Notes: generated by a model from the letters alone, not told the origin. 64,000 nucleotides of DNA from Octopus vulgaris (GCA_951406725.2 OX597821.1:9858001-9922000), one strand, 5' to 3'. Positions 41,851 through 56,201 are shown, numbered from the stretch's first letter. Program-made: numbers and translations.

Positions 41851-42027
41851 GATATTCTTAATCACTAATAACCGTAGGCGTATTAGATGATAAAACAGGG
41901 AGAAAGGGAGAGAGAGAGAGGGGGGTGAAGGACAGAGAGAGAGAAAGAAGTGCAAAAAGAAAATCATGTTATAAGGTGACTGACTCGGAATTTTGTTTTT
42001 GTTTTGTCTTAAATTGTGCAAATTATA

Positions 42028-42435
42028 CAGGTGTGGCTGTGTGGTAAGTAGCTTGCTAACCAACCACATGGTTCCGGGTTCAGTCCCACTGCGTGGCATC
42101 TTAGGCAAGTGTCTTCTGCTATAGCCCCGGGCCGACCATGTGAGTGGATTTGGTAGACGGAAACTGAAAGAAGCTTGTCGTATATATGTATATATATATA
42201 TTTATATGTATGTGTGTGTCTGTGTGTCTGTGTTTGTCCCCCTGGCATTGCTTGACAACCGATGCTGGTGTGTTTACGTCCGCGTCACTTAGCGGTTCGG
42301 CAAAAGAGACCGATAGAATAAGTACTGGGCTTACAAAGAATAAGTCCCGGGGTCGATTTGCTCGACAAAAGGCGGTGCTCCAGCATGGCCGCAGTCAAAA
42401 TGACTGAAACAAGTAAAAGAGAGTAAAAAGAGAGT
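42028..42435 (+). mobile_element. SINE family B
   Basis: Homology to the other copies. (GTAAAAGAGA)-type tail. Confidence 0.92.
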
Positions 42436-42632
42436 TAAATACATCCACGGAAATATGGAGTAATATTTAATGATTTCTTGAGTTCTTGCAAACACATTTA
42501 TAAACATAAGTGGAGTTATGGCAAAAATACAAATCACGACAGTTGAAATAGTGTAGTAAGACAATAAGTTTATATAGGAAATAAATGTTTCATTGGCTTC
42601 TCAAGAAAACGACTCTCATTCACTGATGAGTA

Positions 42633-43019
42633 GTGGAAGCACTCCGTCGGTTACGACGATGAGGGTTCCGGTTGATCCGAATCAACGGAACAGCCTGCTC
42701 GTGAAATTAACGTGTAAGTGGCTGAGCACTCCACCGACACGTGCACCCTTAACGCAGTTCTCGGGGATATTCAGCGTAACACAGAGAGTGACAAGGCCGG
42801 CCCCTTGAAATACAGGTACAACAGAAACAGGAAGTAAGAGTGAGTGAAAGTTGTGGTGAAAGAGTACAGCAGGGATCACCACCATCCCCTGCCGGAGCCT
42901 CGTGGAGCTTTTAGGTGTTTTCGCTCAATAAACACTCACAACGCCCGGTCTGGGAATCGAAACCGCGATCCTATGACCGCGAGTCCGCTGCCCTAACCAC
43001 TCGACCATTGCGCCTCCAC
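42633..43019 (-). mobile_element. SINE family A, full length
   Basis: Homology to the other copies. TSD TGATGAGTA / TGACGAGTA with one CpG-type mismatch. Confidence 0.93.
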
Positions 43020-43728
43020 TTGACGAGTATTAAGAAATTGAAGAATCAATATGCTTACTATTAATTGTATCAGTGGAGCGATTTGAAATAAAACGACAAA
43101 TATTTCAAAGAAGTTAAAATCTTCATTTAAATTCTTCAAATCATTAAAAGTTATTTCATTGATTCTTAAATGGAGCATCATAACTTTTCTTATTTTATTA
43201 TGGCTGTGTAACGTAGTAAAAGCAGGCCAAGTTTTCTTTCATTCTTTGCTCAGTCGTAAGTTCCTGGATTGCGGTCATGCCACAGTGACGCAGTGAGTTT
43301 ATTTTTTGTTGTAGGTATCCTTTATATGTTTTCTTTGCTCTCTATTTAACGGGAATACTATTTATTAATTTTTTGGAAAATACCGCGCCTCCTATCTGGC
43401 GATGTCAGATATATGAAAGAATACAGAAACTATAACGGAAAACACATAAGCACAGGACAATAACACAGACAGGCAACGCGTTTACACACATTGATTGACA
43501 ACCGCTTGCCTTCTTTCATTTTTCCTCTTTTTACCTCTTCCTCTTCCTCTCTCTCACACTCTCTTCTCAGGCACACTCGTACACACATACATACGAATGA
43601 AGTATTCATCTATTTATAAATTTTATATGGCAAATTATGTATTCGTTATTTCTTAATTTGTTTTTGTTTTCACAGCAAGCGTTGTGGTAGCACTACCTTT
43701 ATGTGTGTGAATATATGTATATATATAA

Positions 43729-43772
<44 letters not shown>

Positions 43773-44489
43773 AGGCTTTTATTCAATATATTTCACTTAC
43801 AATTGCCCTATCCTAACCTAATTATATTCATTTTGAAACGCGCTGGAACGTTTGGTGAGCAAATGTATGATTCCGAATAGTAAAATGAAATTGGTGGCTC
43901 CAATAAAATTTATTTATATTAAATTATAAAAATCCAGTAGATCGTACAAATACAATTCAAAGAATTAATCAGTAGAATGGCGGATTCATCGAATAAATGT
44001 AGTTTATGTATGTAACAGAGTTTATGAAAACACGTCTAATGAATCCATTACAAGTTGCATAGTTAAACATATTTACACTTAATACGCACAAAAGCGATGT
44101 ATTTATATAAATATATTTGCTTTTGCACTTCTGTTCTAATACCATATGTAAATATTTTTATACGCGAGTAATAGAAAATAAGTATTCCCCAACTATACAC
44201 ATAACATTATTTAAAACATCAAAACGCCAAGACACAAGGCCCTGTCTCCGTGACCGGCTCCATACGTTTATCAAGCTTTAGTAATAAGAAATAGGTGTTC
44301 GTGTGAAGACAGGAGACTGTGAGAAGAATAAGTATTAGTAACAGATGCTGGATTAAATACATATGTGAATATATTCACGCTTCTTCGTCCAAGGCAAGGA
44401 CAACGGTGTTTCGAGTGGCTATAAGCTGAATCTTTCACGCCTTTACTCGTTAAATCCATGCGGTTGCGGTTATGCTGGAGCACCATCAC

Positions 44490-44543
<54 letters not shown>

Positions 44544-44712
44544 GTATCCCTTTTTCGTGTCCTTAGCACTTGGCATCCTTATTTAGGAGCCCTTAATTAT
44601 ATTTATACATGAATAATATTTTTGTATATGAATAATATTTTGTCTAATGACTAATTCGTCCTTTGTGCTGGGACATTGGTAGTAATCTATATTATTACCC
44701 TTTTTGATTATA

Positions 44713-44767
<55 letters not shown>

Positions 44768-44825
44768 ACACTGAGAGAAACAAGGAGAGCAAAAAATGCG
44801 TGCAGAAGCTAGCGATTCAACATAG

Positions 44826-44986
<161 letters not shown>

Positions 44987-45285
44987 GTGGAGGCGCAATG
45001 GCCCAGTGGTTAGGGAAGCGGACTCGCGGTTGTAGGATCGTGGTTTCGCTTCCCAGACAGGGTGTTGTGGGCGTTTATTGAGCGAAAACACCTAAAGCTC
45101 CATGATGCTCCGGCAGTTGGTGGTGGCGATCCCTGCTCTACTCTTTCGCCACACTTTTCTCTCACACTTTGTTATGTTGACCTGCTCGCTTAGCCAGCGG
45201 GGTGGCGTCACTTGAAGGCTAAAACAATGCAAAGCGCATTGTGACCAGCGATATTTAGCAACATCTTATAACCTGGTTGGTCACG

Positions 45286-45289
<4 letters not shown>
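44987..45289 (+). mobile_element. SINE with family-A head and a different 3' tail
   Basis: Matches family A to ~45170, then carries an unrelated tail ending GGTCACGGTGA. Inserted in (TA)n. Confidence 0.85.
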
Positions 45290-45319
<30 letters not shown>

Positions 45320-46331
45320 GAGATGACTAAATAAATCATACATTCAGGTGTGATAGGAAAAGATTGATTCATTTTTCCCTATGTTTCAAAATTTTCACCA
45401 TGCAGTATCAATTTAACCATGCTAAATTATACTTCTATGATTTCTTCAGTGCATATCTTAAGTGCTTATACAAAACGACTGAATATTCATGAATTACTGC
45501 AAAGAAAGAAAGCTAACTAATCGTTCACGTCGAGGTTACAAGTACTAATGGACTTACAGAATTTAAGATATTTGTTTAGAAAGAAAGAGAGAAAAAGAAA
45601 GAAGGAAGAATGAAATACGCGAGAGAGTCACCGTGTAAAAATAATAATAATTGTGAGGAAATGGGGACAGAAATAAATATCAATCTAGTTGGTTTTGGTA
45701 TTTCTGTTTACATGCTATGTTGGGGAACATAAGTACTGAGTATGTCTTACTGTTTAATCCTCTACAAGTTTGAGTATATAGCTTGAATACTGTAAGAGAT
45801 ATGTTACGACCAGACGAGAAAACACGGAAATTGCAGTCAACCATGAACTAATTCTCAGCTACAAAGAAACTCTTGGATGTAACCTTAAAGAATGAAGGAG
45901 AAAATTATCAAAGAAAGCTCCTTGATATAAATTACGAAAGTGTAGAATAGCTGTAAAACATGATTATGAGGAGACAGAAACAAGTTTTGCGATTAATTTA
46001 CTAAATAATAAAATAAAATGTATGAGACAAAAAGAAACACGAAAAGAAAACTAAACAGAAATTACAGCAAAAACATTAAGAATTAATCAAATGAGACAAA
46101 TTACATCCATCGATTTTCACGAGTACTAGATACTTATTAAGATATAACTAACATTCTATGCCAATATGTTAGACTGGGTATGAAACAAAAATGTAATTGT
46201 TGAACGTCGTTCCAATTTGCGTTCAATTATTTTGTGTAGCGTCTATATATTTCCTTTGATTTTCTATAGCCTATAATCAAATCTCTCTCTCTCTCTTTCT
46301 CTGTTTCTCCCTCTCTGCCTTTCACTGTATG

Positions 46332-47688
46332 CGAGGGGGTACCCAAAAGTAACCGGAAACATTTTGTGTGGGACAAGCCAGAAGCCACTTAATACGACGC
46401 AGAACATCAGTCTGCCAAGCGGCGTTTTTTTCCGGGATCGTACAGTCACATGGTGCGATTTTGTTTTGTGGAATCATGCCATAACGTGATGCCACTTTGT
46501 TGTCCAGTGTTTATCCCCTTTTTGTCGATTTCTATGATGGCTGAAACGAAGGAACAGTCTGCTTGCGTGAATTTCTGTATTTTTCTGGGAAACATAATGG
46601 CCGAAACAGTTCTCAAGCTTGAGATAGTTTACAAAGGCGCTGCCATGAGCAACACACAAATTTATTAGTGGTATCTACAACTTAGAAATGGTCACTGGTC
46701 CCTTGAAAACCATTTTTTTTAATGACAACCGTCTACCTCCCATTATATAAGTAAACACTTATATAATGAATATTGTATATATATGTTTCTCGAAATCCCT
46801 CTTAGATACAAATTTGAAGAATAGGTACGATTTCAATATTTACTCATAAACATCATGAATATCCATAAACTGATCTTGGAAGATGGCCATCGAATAGTTG
46901 ACAAAGTTTTTGATATTAATGGTGTATTCTGGAGTTCATGCCAACGAATTTTGCCAATGAACGATCAACAGCACTCACGACAAAGTGAGTGTCGTGAACT
47001 GAAAGTACAGATGGAAGATGATCCGGAACTTTTCTTTGGAGGTCAATACTAGTGACGAAAGCTGGTGCAAGGAAATTGTCATTGCACCAGGAAAAGTTTC
47101 ATTGATGAAGAAAAGAAAGACAGGGGTATTGATGCGCATTACATTGCAAGACTTTCAGCACTCCTTCGAATAGTGGCAAATGAGCCTGGACCGATGCATG
47201 GAGAATATTGTGGGGGATAAAGTGCGATCATGTAAAACTAAGTTAATAAAATAATATTGCTACATACCTGTGGAGGTGCAATGACCCAGTGGTTAGGGCA
47301 GCGGACTCACGGTCGGAGGATCGCGGTTTCGATTCCAAGACCGGGCATTGTGAGTGTTTATTGAGCGAAAACACCTAAAGCTCCACGAGGCTCCGGCAGG
47401 GGATGATGGTGAACCCTGCTGTACTCTTTCACCACAACTTTCTGTCACTCTTTCTTCCTGTTTCTCTTGTACCTGTATTTCAAAGGGCCAGCCTTGTCAC
47501 AATCTGTGTCACGCTGAATCTCCTCGAGAACTACGTTAAGGGTACACGTGTCTGTGGAGTGCTCAGCCACTTGCACGTTAATTGCACGGGCAAGCTGTTC
47601 CGTTGATCGTATCAGCTGGGACCCTCATCGTCGCAACCGACGGAGTGCTCCTATTGCTACATACCAGTTTTATTTTGGTACCCCTTCG
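46332..47688 (+). mobile_element. Decayed, internally deleted mariner transposon with nested insertions
   Basis: TIRs CGAGGGGGTACCCAAAA / TTTTGGTACCCCTTCG-TA. Transposase remnants MAETKEQSACVNFCIFLG...AMSNTQIY*WY, QPSTS, IHKLILED and SDESW. Confidence 0.88.
47270..47651 (+). mobile_element. SINE family A nested in the mariner right end
   Basis: 14-bp TSD TATTGCTACATACC at 47255-47268 and 47652-47665. Confidence 0.93.
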
Positions 47689-47859
47689 TATACTATAAGT
47701 AATATATATATGGAGACATCTCATCGTCATCATCATCATCATCTTGACTTAGGATTTGTTTTATTTCCAGTAGAATTCTTATTCGGGATTCACTGTATGT
47801 TGGTCGCTGCCTACTGCATGTAACTTAAGGCAGACACATGATTTCAATCGGCTAGCAAG

Positions 47860-48162
47860 TTCTCAAAACATTTAGCAAATTTCTATTTCAAGATATTTAC
47901 ATTTGCTCACTTTTTGGTCGGCCTTGACACATATTTATATCGATTGGGACAGTTATATCAATGATGAGGCATGATTTTGTCTGGCCTATTCGTAACCATC
48001 TTTTTGTCAGATTGAACGGTGGTGTTCAAGAGGAATCATGGCGAAGGTCCTGGTTTTTTGGAAATTACCCAGTGAATATATTGGGCTGCTCTATTATGCC
48101 TGTTAAGATACTCAGGCGCAAGAATAATGCACATGGAGACAACATGATCAATGGTTTCATGT
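47860..48162 (-). mobile_element. Dong-type LINE fragment
   Basis: HETIDHVVSMCIILAPEYLNRHNRAAQYIHW, NRPD and LIDITVPID. Abuts (ATT)n at 48162-48360. Confidence 0.8.
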
Positions 48163-48207
48163 ATTATTATTATTATGATTATTATTATTATTATTATTAT
48201 GATTATT

Positions 48208-48336
<129 letters not shown>

Positions 48337-50191
48337 TTTATTATTGTTATTTTTATTTTTAATATTACCATAATCATTATTTTTGTTATCATTATTATCA
48401 TTATTGTTATTATTGCCACTGCTACTACCACTATTATTATCATAATTAGTAGTAGTAGTAGGTGGAGTAGCAACATGGGCAAAGCAGCAGCCGTAGTAGT
48501 AGCCATAGTAGCGGCAGCAGCAATAGTAGTGGTACTAGTAGCAGCAGCAGTAATGATAAAAGTTATTGCACGGCTTCAATATCCACATACATCTTTGAAA
48601 GTTTGTAAATCATATTGAGAATATATTTGCTTGGATATTTTATATCATTCTCTCATTCTTCATTTTATTGTTAATTTTATTTTTCAATGTGAATTTCATA
48701 GTAAACACTTATATAATGAATATTGTCCGAAATACCTCTTAGATACACATTTGAAGAATAGGTACGATTTCAATATTTACTCATAATCAATGAAGCAAAA
48801 ACTTAATAGATTGCTGGAATGATTTACAATTCAATATCATTATTTTTGTTATCATTATTATCATTATTGTTATTATTGCCACTGCGACATAGATCTTTCT
48901 TCAATTTCCGATAAAGAAATTAAATAGCGGTTAAATGTACCGAGCACTGAAATAAACAAACCGATACTAATTCTACAAATGAAAAAGGAACATGCATGTT
49001 CAGTTGGCATGAAACAAGTAATCAAAGTTAACTTTTACCCAATAATTGTTTCGAGCAGAACAAGAAAACCACAAGGACTGAAATGTTCCTCAGTTTGTTA
49101 GCTTATTGGTTATTTCCCAACTTTAGTTCCCTATGCCCTCTAGTCTCCCAATGTTAGTTATTTATCTTATTTCTTAAGTAAATCCTAATCAATTAGATTA
49201 ATTTCCCACCATTCAAAAGCTTTCACGTAATATATAGGCAAAATATAAATAGTAATACAAGCTTTGTCCACTCACAGAAAGCAATGCGGATATATAAGCG
49301 TGTTGGTGCTGTCATGTATATCTATGGATGTGTATGTGGGGTGTATCTAAATATATGTACGTATGTAAATATATGTATGTTTGTATACAATCATAACATT
49401 ATTTTATTTTTAACAATTCATTCCTAAATTTTCGAAAACATTTATGATATGTCTTATCACTCTCGTAGAATAAATGCCAAATGAAAAATTTCAAAGTTGA
49501 ATAGTTTTAAAAGTCGTATCCAAAAGTTTCTCTGTGTTAAATGATGAAGCGTTGTCTAAGCTAGACAGAAGTCTCTGAGATTTAGCAATAATTTTTTCCG
49601 CGATCCAATGATTATCTCATAACAAAATGTTTCTAATACTTCGCATACCTCGGTCGCATTTCACATTCAGAAAGATAATACGAAATAATCTCATTGAAGA
49701 TGTTATTCAGCTGCAAATTATCAACTGTCATCGACAAAGTTAAAAATGTTCTTAATATTTAAGAAGTGATGGTCAAATCAGTTAAAAACTAGTGAACATT
49801 TACTTTCAGAATGTGACTATTACTATTTGATTTTAAAAACTTTCAGTTGTCTGGCTTCGAACATGCGCGAAGGTAGTTTATGTAATAATAATACTCATAT
49901 ATGAATGTATATATGTATATGTATATATGTGTGTGGATGTGTGTGTAAGTATATATATATAAATATGTGTGCGTGTGTGTCTATGTATGTGTGTGTATGT
50001 ATATATATGTATGTGTGTCAGTGTGTGTATAAGTGTGTGTGTGAGGGTGTTTGGAAGTGTACACACGAACGTATGGGTGATTATTTGAATGACAGAATTT
50101 ACGCGGTCACTTTTAGTTGAACAATATTCCGACTATATAATATTGAACACCTAATAAAATTGTCATTATGACAGTTCACTGGACATTGTGT

Positions 50192-50406
50192 CTTTTACTC
50201 CTTTACTCTTTTACTTCTTTCAGTCATTTGACTGCGGCCATGCTGGAGCACCGCCTTTAATCGAGCAACTCGACCCCGGGACTTATTCTTTGTAAGCCCA
50301 GTACTTATTCTATCGGTCTGTTTTGCCGAACCGCTAAGTGTCGGGGACATAAACACACCAGCATCGTTTGTCAAGCAATGCTAGGGAGATAAACACAGAC
50401 ACACAA

Positions 50407-50505
<99 letters not shown>

Positions 50506-50670
50506 TATGACGGGCTTCTTTCAGTTTCCGTCTACCAAATCCACTCACAAGGTTTGGTCGGCCCGAGGCTATAGTAGAAGACACTTGCCCAAGGTGTCAC
50601 GCAGTGGGACTGAACCCGGAACCATGTGGTTGGTAAGCAGGCTACTTACCACACAACCACTCCTGCGCCT
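50192..50670 (-). mobile_element. SINE family B with expanded internal (CA)n(TA)n
   Basis: Homology to the other copies. Confidence 0.92.
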
Positions 50671-51169
50671 ATGTGTATAATATTTAATATAATACGCATG
50701 CATATCCATGCTCAAACACGCATACACACACAAAAATTCATACATGTATACACACAAAAGGAAACATACACACACAAGCATTTCAGTAACACATATACAC
50801 ACATATCCACGCATTGATACACGCACTCACATATATAAATGTGTTACCGCATGGTTATTCTTACAATTTCACTATTGTTTGCATTACAGAATATTTTTCC
50901 GGTCGAATGCAGGTCTATTGTTTTCATGAGAAATTTGCAACTGTTAAATATTTCCTACGAGAAAACTTTGCAAATGTCTTTCTGGTAATATGTAATTAGC
51001 ATAATATAAATGAAAGTCATTTTAGTTAGATAGAACACAAAAATACGCAAACATCAATGCACGCACACAAGCACACACGCATATAAACACAGACACACAC
51101 ACACAAGCACGCACCTATATATGTAAGTATGTAAAGAAATTTGCTTTCCTTCCACTCTTTTCTTCAATC

Positions 51170-51275
51170 AGGTGTCTACATATGTAGCCTCCGGCCGATC
51201 AAGACATTCTGAGTGAATCTGGAGGACAGAAACTGAGAGAAGCCCAGCGTATATAAATACAACACTGTCTATTTG

Positions 51276-51311
<36 letters not shown>

Positions 51312-51334
51312 ACAAATATATATATATATATATG

Positions 51335-51394
<60 letters not shown>

Positions 51395-51395
51395 T

Positions 51396-51428
<33 letters not shown>

Positions 51429-51670
51429 ACGCGTGTGTTTGTATTGTGTGACTGTCTGTGTGCTTGTCAGTGAATATAGGTGGGTGTTTGTGCTTGTTAC
51501 CCACGACTGCGTGGCAACCGCTGTAGGTATGTTTCCATATACTGTTTCGGTATATTAGGCGCAAAGAATTTATATAGACAGAAAATTAATATAGGGGTTG
51601 ATCATTCGACTAAAACCGTTCAAGATGCTGCCGTCCTCCAGCAGTTTAATTACTGAAACAAAGAAAAGAT
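51170..51670 (+). mobile_element. Old diverged family-B-like SINE
   Basis: GAGTGAATCTGG..GACAGAAACTGAGAGAAGCCC, then a microsatellite, then GGGGTTGATCATTCGACTAAA...ACTGAAACAAAGAAAAGA. Confidence 0.65.
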
Positions 51671-51734
<64 letters not shown>

Positions 51735-51764
51735 TCTCGCGATATATATATATATATATATATA

Positions 51765-52901
51765 CAGGTGTTGGGCAATATATTGGAAACAACTAACATC
51801 ATATACTTATATTATTTTAATATTTAGAAAACCATCAAAAGCCTTGTTCATTTTTACGGTTTTTGATTTATTTTTAGTGTTACGTAATGTCTTGCTAAAA
51901 TTGATGTTTCTTTTCACATATCATCAGAAGAAAGTAATTAAAATTCATTAAAATGCCACATCTATCGGACTTTCAAAGAGGTTAAATTATTGGTGCTCGT
52001 ATGGTAGGCAATTGCTTACCTAAAACAGCCAAACTTTTTGGTGCATCAAGAAGTATTGTCTCGTAAGTAATGGCAGCCTTTGAGAAAGATGGAAAAAAAT
52101 CTCCTCGTCGAAACTAAACTCCAGAAGAACAGAACACAAAAACTTTCAAATAGGGACCATCGGACTCTTACACGAAGTGTTAGAAAGGATGACCACCTCG
52201 AGAATCCAATTTCCACAAAAACCGTTCTCAGAGAGCTGCACTAAGCCGGATTTCACGAGAGGGCTACAATCAGAAAACCACTGGTTTCAAAAACAAACGT
52301 TGTAAAGCGTCTACATTAGTGTAAAACCCTACAGAATTGGTCCCTTGAGCAGTGGAAGAATGCTATATTCTGGGATGCTGTGGAGACAACCAAAAGTATC
52401 ATTTCACCCAGAGTGCCACCAATAAACCGTTAAACATAGAAGAGGATCTGGTGGGGGCTATACCTTGGAAATCGGCCGGACCAATGGCAGAATTAATAGT
52501 CAAGATTATTCAAGAATATCATGTGATCAAATTCATCGTATGATCGCGGAACTGTTTCCGGAGGGAACGCAATCTTTCATGACGATCATGCACCATTTGC
52601 GACAGCGATTCTGAATGGCACAAGAAACAGTCAAGTGAAGTTATCTGGCCACCACATTCCTAAGATCTCAATATTATTAAACATTTATAGTCCACTTTAG
52701 AAAAACAATTAAGGAATCGACATCATCCCCATCATCACTACAAGAATTGGAGACAGTCTTAACTGAAGAATGGATACAAATTCCTGTCGAAACAATTCAA
52801 ATTTGTACGAGTCCATACCTCATAGACTTCAAGGTGTACACCAGATTAAAATAAATTTTTAAAACATTTTTAGGTGTTTCCATTATTTTGTCTAACCCCT
52901 G
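51765..52901 (+). mobile_element. Decayed Tc1-like (DD34E) transposon
   Basis: TA-flanked TIRs CAGGTGTTGGGCAATATATTGGAAACA / TGTTTCCATTATTTTGTCTAACCCCTG. MPHLSDFQRG*IIGARM from 51953, IFHDDHAP and WPPHS*DLNIIKHL. Confidence 0.9.
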
Positions 52902-53059
52902 TATATAAATGTGTTTGTGTGTATGTGTGTGTGTGTACAAAGACAATAAGTTTCGAGATGGCGTTATGATTAGGGTGCTATATATTTGGTTTTGCAAAAA
53001 GTATTCTAGAGAAAGTTCGAGGAAACATAAAAAAGTTATGTTTGCTACAAAATTTGCAG

Positions 53060-53330
53060 TTAGATAGGCAGTAATTTATGTAGGATATGGGCATTTTCCA
53101 TACGCATTAATTTCTGTATTTCTGCAAATTGTGGATTTCCTGGTGGTTGAGCTAGGTAGCAATCAGCCCATTTTGCGACCATTTCTAATGCACCTTTAAG
53201 AACAGGTATTGTTTTAGTCTTGAGGTTCAACATTTTGCCAAATATTATTTCAAGTTCATTATAATTACTAAGTTTTTGTTAGGACTAGACAGATACATTT
53301 ATGTCGATTGGGACAGTCATTTCGATGACA
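53060..53330 (-). mobile_element. Dong-type LINE 3' fragment
   Basis: IEMTVPIDINVS, LKTKTIPVLKGALEMV and EIQKLMRMENAHILHK. Confidence 0.75.
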
Positions 53331-53983
53331 GTAGCCATGTTGTCTTCATGGCTACTATAAACTAGGTAGAACAGTACTGCAGGAATATTGTTCGTCACCG
53401 ACAACTGAATTTTGGAAGAGGGGCCTTGCAAGTCTACCAGATAGACGGAAAGGCATTATAGAAAATGAAGGAGAGTAAAGTTTAGATTAATAAAGAACGT
53501 TGTATATGTTAGTTTCGAACAATAATAGAAGTATTTTTTAAAAAACGCGTTATTTAAGGAATGACAATACATATTTCTTTAAAATATTGGGAAATTGTTT
53601 CCTCTGAAATGACAGACATTTTAAAGTATTTTAAATATTGCTAACCTCATCCGAATATTTACAACAAATCCGTAAATGAATTAGCCATCGTATCCTAATT
53701 ATCTCATATTTTGATTGCTGTATGTAATCGTTTTACGAAATGAATGTGATTTTATTGACAGATTTATCGATATTTTATTGAAAATGTTCTTTTTTTTATA
53801 TATTAAAGCATTAAACACTGAAGTAACGTAGTTTGAAAGATTCAATAATGATGCATTTATTTGTTTAATCTTTTAAGAATTTGTGAGATTGTGGAGGAAT
53901 AGTCGGAATATGTTAGTATAAATGTATTACATCGTCATGCTAATTGTGTGTGTACGTGTGTGTGTGTGTATATATATAATATA

Positions 53984-54036
<53 letters not shown>

Positions 54037-54062
54037 ATAATATATGTATATTTATGTATATA

Positions 54063-54104
<42 letters not shown>

Positions 54105-56133
54105 TATGAATGTTTATACATAAGATATACCGATAGAGGACACACATAGAAATGCATGTTTATGTGTGGATGTGTGTGTATTTAACGTGTATTTTTCAAT
54201 TTTGTTACGTCTGTATATAGAGGAAAGAAAACTGAAGAGGCGTCTCGAATGTAGATACAATCGTAGGAAAGACACTAAAATCGTCAGTCAGTAAAAAATT
54301 GGAGGGAAAAGAGAGTACGGATTTTTAACACTTAATTATATATTGCAAAAAATGTAAAACGCACCATGTGCTTGTCTCGGTAACACATTTCTCAAGTGCA
54401 GCAATAAAATTTAAAGAGATTCCTGAAAGTTGCATGCGTCTATAGTAAATGAGATAAAATAGGTAGAAAAGTATCAGAGCTGGACAAGAAAGCTGAAGTA
54501 AAGTGACGACGAAAGCGGCTTCTAGAACTTCAAGTAGATTATAAGAGCCGAAGTAGCTCGAACAGTATAAAAACTAAAACTTACTTACATTCTATTTATT
54601 ATTGTTAATAAAATTTGTAAAACAACCAGAAAAATGAAAAGTAGGTCGGTGAGATTATAATTATGTGAGCGGATATTGAGAAAATTCTGAAATCCATCGT
54701 TTTACGTCACAGAATTTTTCTGGATGGCTTGATGGTTTTTCGTGTCTAGTAATATGTTTTAATAGAATCTGCCTTTGAAGAATACATCCAGGAAAGTGGT
54801 CTGTGACATCTCACATATTAACGCCTTAGATTGTTAGGAAATAGTTGCTTGAGTGACTACTGAATGATTTCAATTTCAATAATATTTAATCTGATTCGCC
54901 GCGTTATTGCCAATCAATGTCTGTGACATTGATATTATGTGATATTTATTCAACTTGCTGATAACTTTCGTAAAGGAACTCATGTCTTTAACGGTCATTG
55001 GCAATCTACCAAACATTTTGATGACGTTAAAAGGGAAATCTCTGTTGGAGTTCCCGAAACGTTTTGGAACACCGGACAACAGTTTAAATCTCATTTCGTT
55101 TCAAACCGATATGTGGGTGCGATATTCATCGTAGAATGTTTATATCGATCTTTTAACAAATTTGCATGTTAATGGCATCATTAAAAACCAATGCAGTGCA
55201 CTACCGTGTACAGTTTTTTTTTTTATAACTGAGGAATGAAAAAAAAACTGCTTGGTTCAGAAATTGCCAGATGCACTTATAGATGTTCCAACAGGAAATT
55301 ATTAGGATCCAGTACAATTAATCGATGAGATTGTCACATGAATTTCCAATTCATGGCAGTGCACGGAATATGAACAGTCGAAGCCTTCTTTTCAAATAGA
55401 AGCTTAAATGTTAATCATAAATCATTTAGGTAAAGTATGACCGATAAATAGGCGATGCGGCGAGTTGCATTAATGAATTTTACAGTTGCTTAGTCACAGC
55501 TCAACCATGGCTGATCAAATCTGAGGCGAGTCGCAATAGTTTGCGGGATTGTATACAAACTATTGCTACACGTTTAAAGACAGGGATACTGCAGACATAA
55601 TGTGGTCGCATTAGTAGGAAAGATCGAATTTAAGAGTAGTAGGTACTTCATTTCAAAAATATATCTATGTCAACCCAGTTATAGAACTTGTTTAATGTCA
55701 CAGTTTTTCACTCGAAAAAATTTAGTATGTGGAGCAAGCTACGAAGTTAAAAACCGTGTAGATAAAAAGCATACATCTATATAAGTTTGAAATGTGCCCA
55801 GTCTCCACAAGGATCCTTAATAGAATAAGGTGTTTAAAATTGTACTGATGCTTTAGCCCTGGAAGCATTTTTATCATTAGAGGTATTCATCTAAGTAATA
55901 TTCAAGAAGGCAATCACCAGAATATTTTAGTATATAGCTCATAGATAGGTAATTATGCAGAGATGACTACATATACTTCTCTGCCTTCTGCAAGTTGTAC
56001 GCTGCTGGTAAATTTCCGACAATAACTACGATTCCACTACCACCTATATTTATACATGTGCGTGTGTGTGTACTTTCGACCGTGCTTTTTGAGATTATGC
56101 ATATAGACACATACAAATACATACAGACACGTT

Positions 56134-56201
<68 letters not shown>

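Noticed and set aside
54700-55560. Possible ancient transposase or LINE coding fossil
   Set aside because: No motif could be assigned by eye. The same applies to ~1390-2110, ~21840-22420, ~30950-31280 and ~36900-37790; these need TBLASTX or RepeatMasker.
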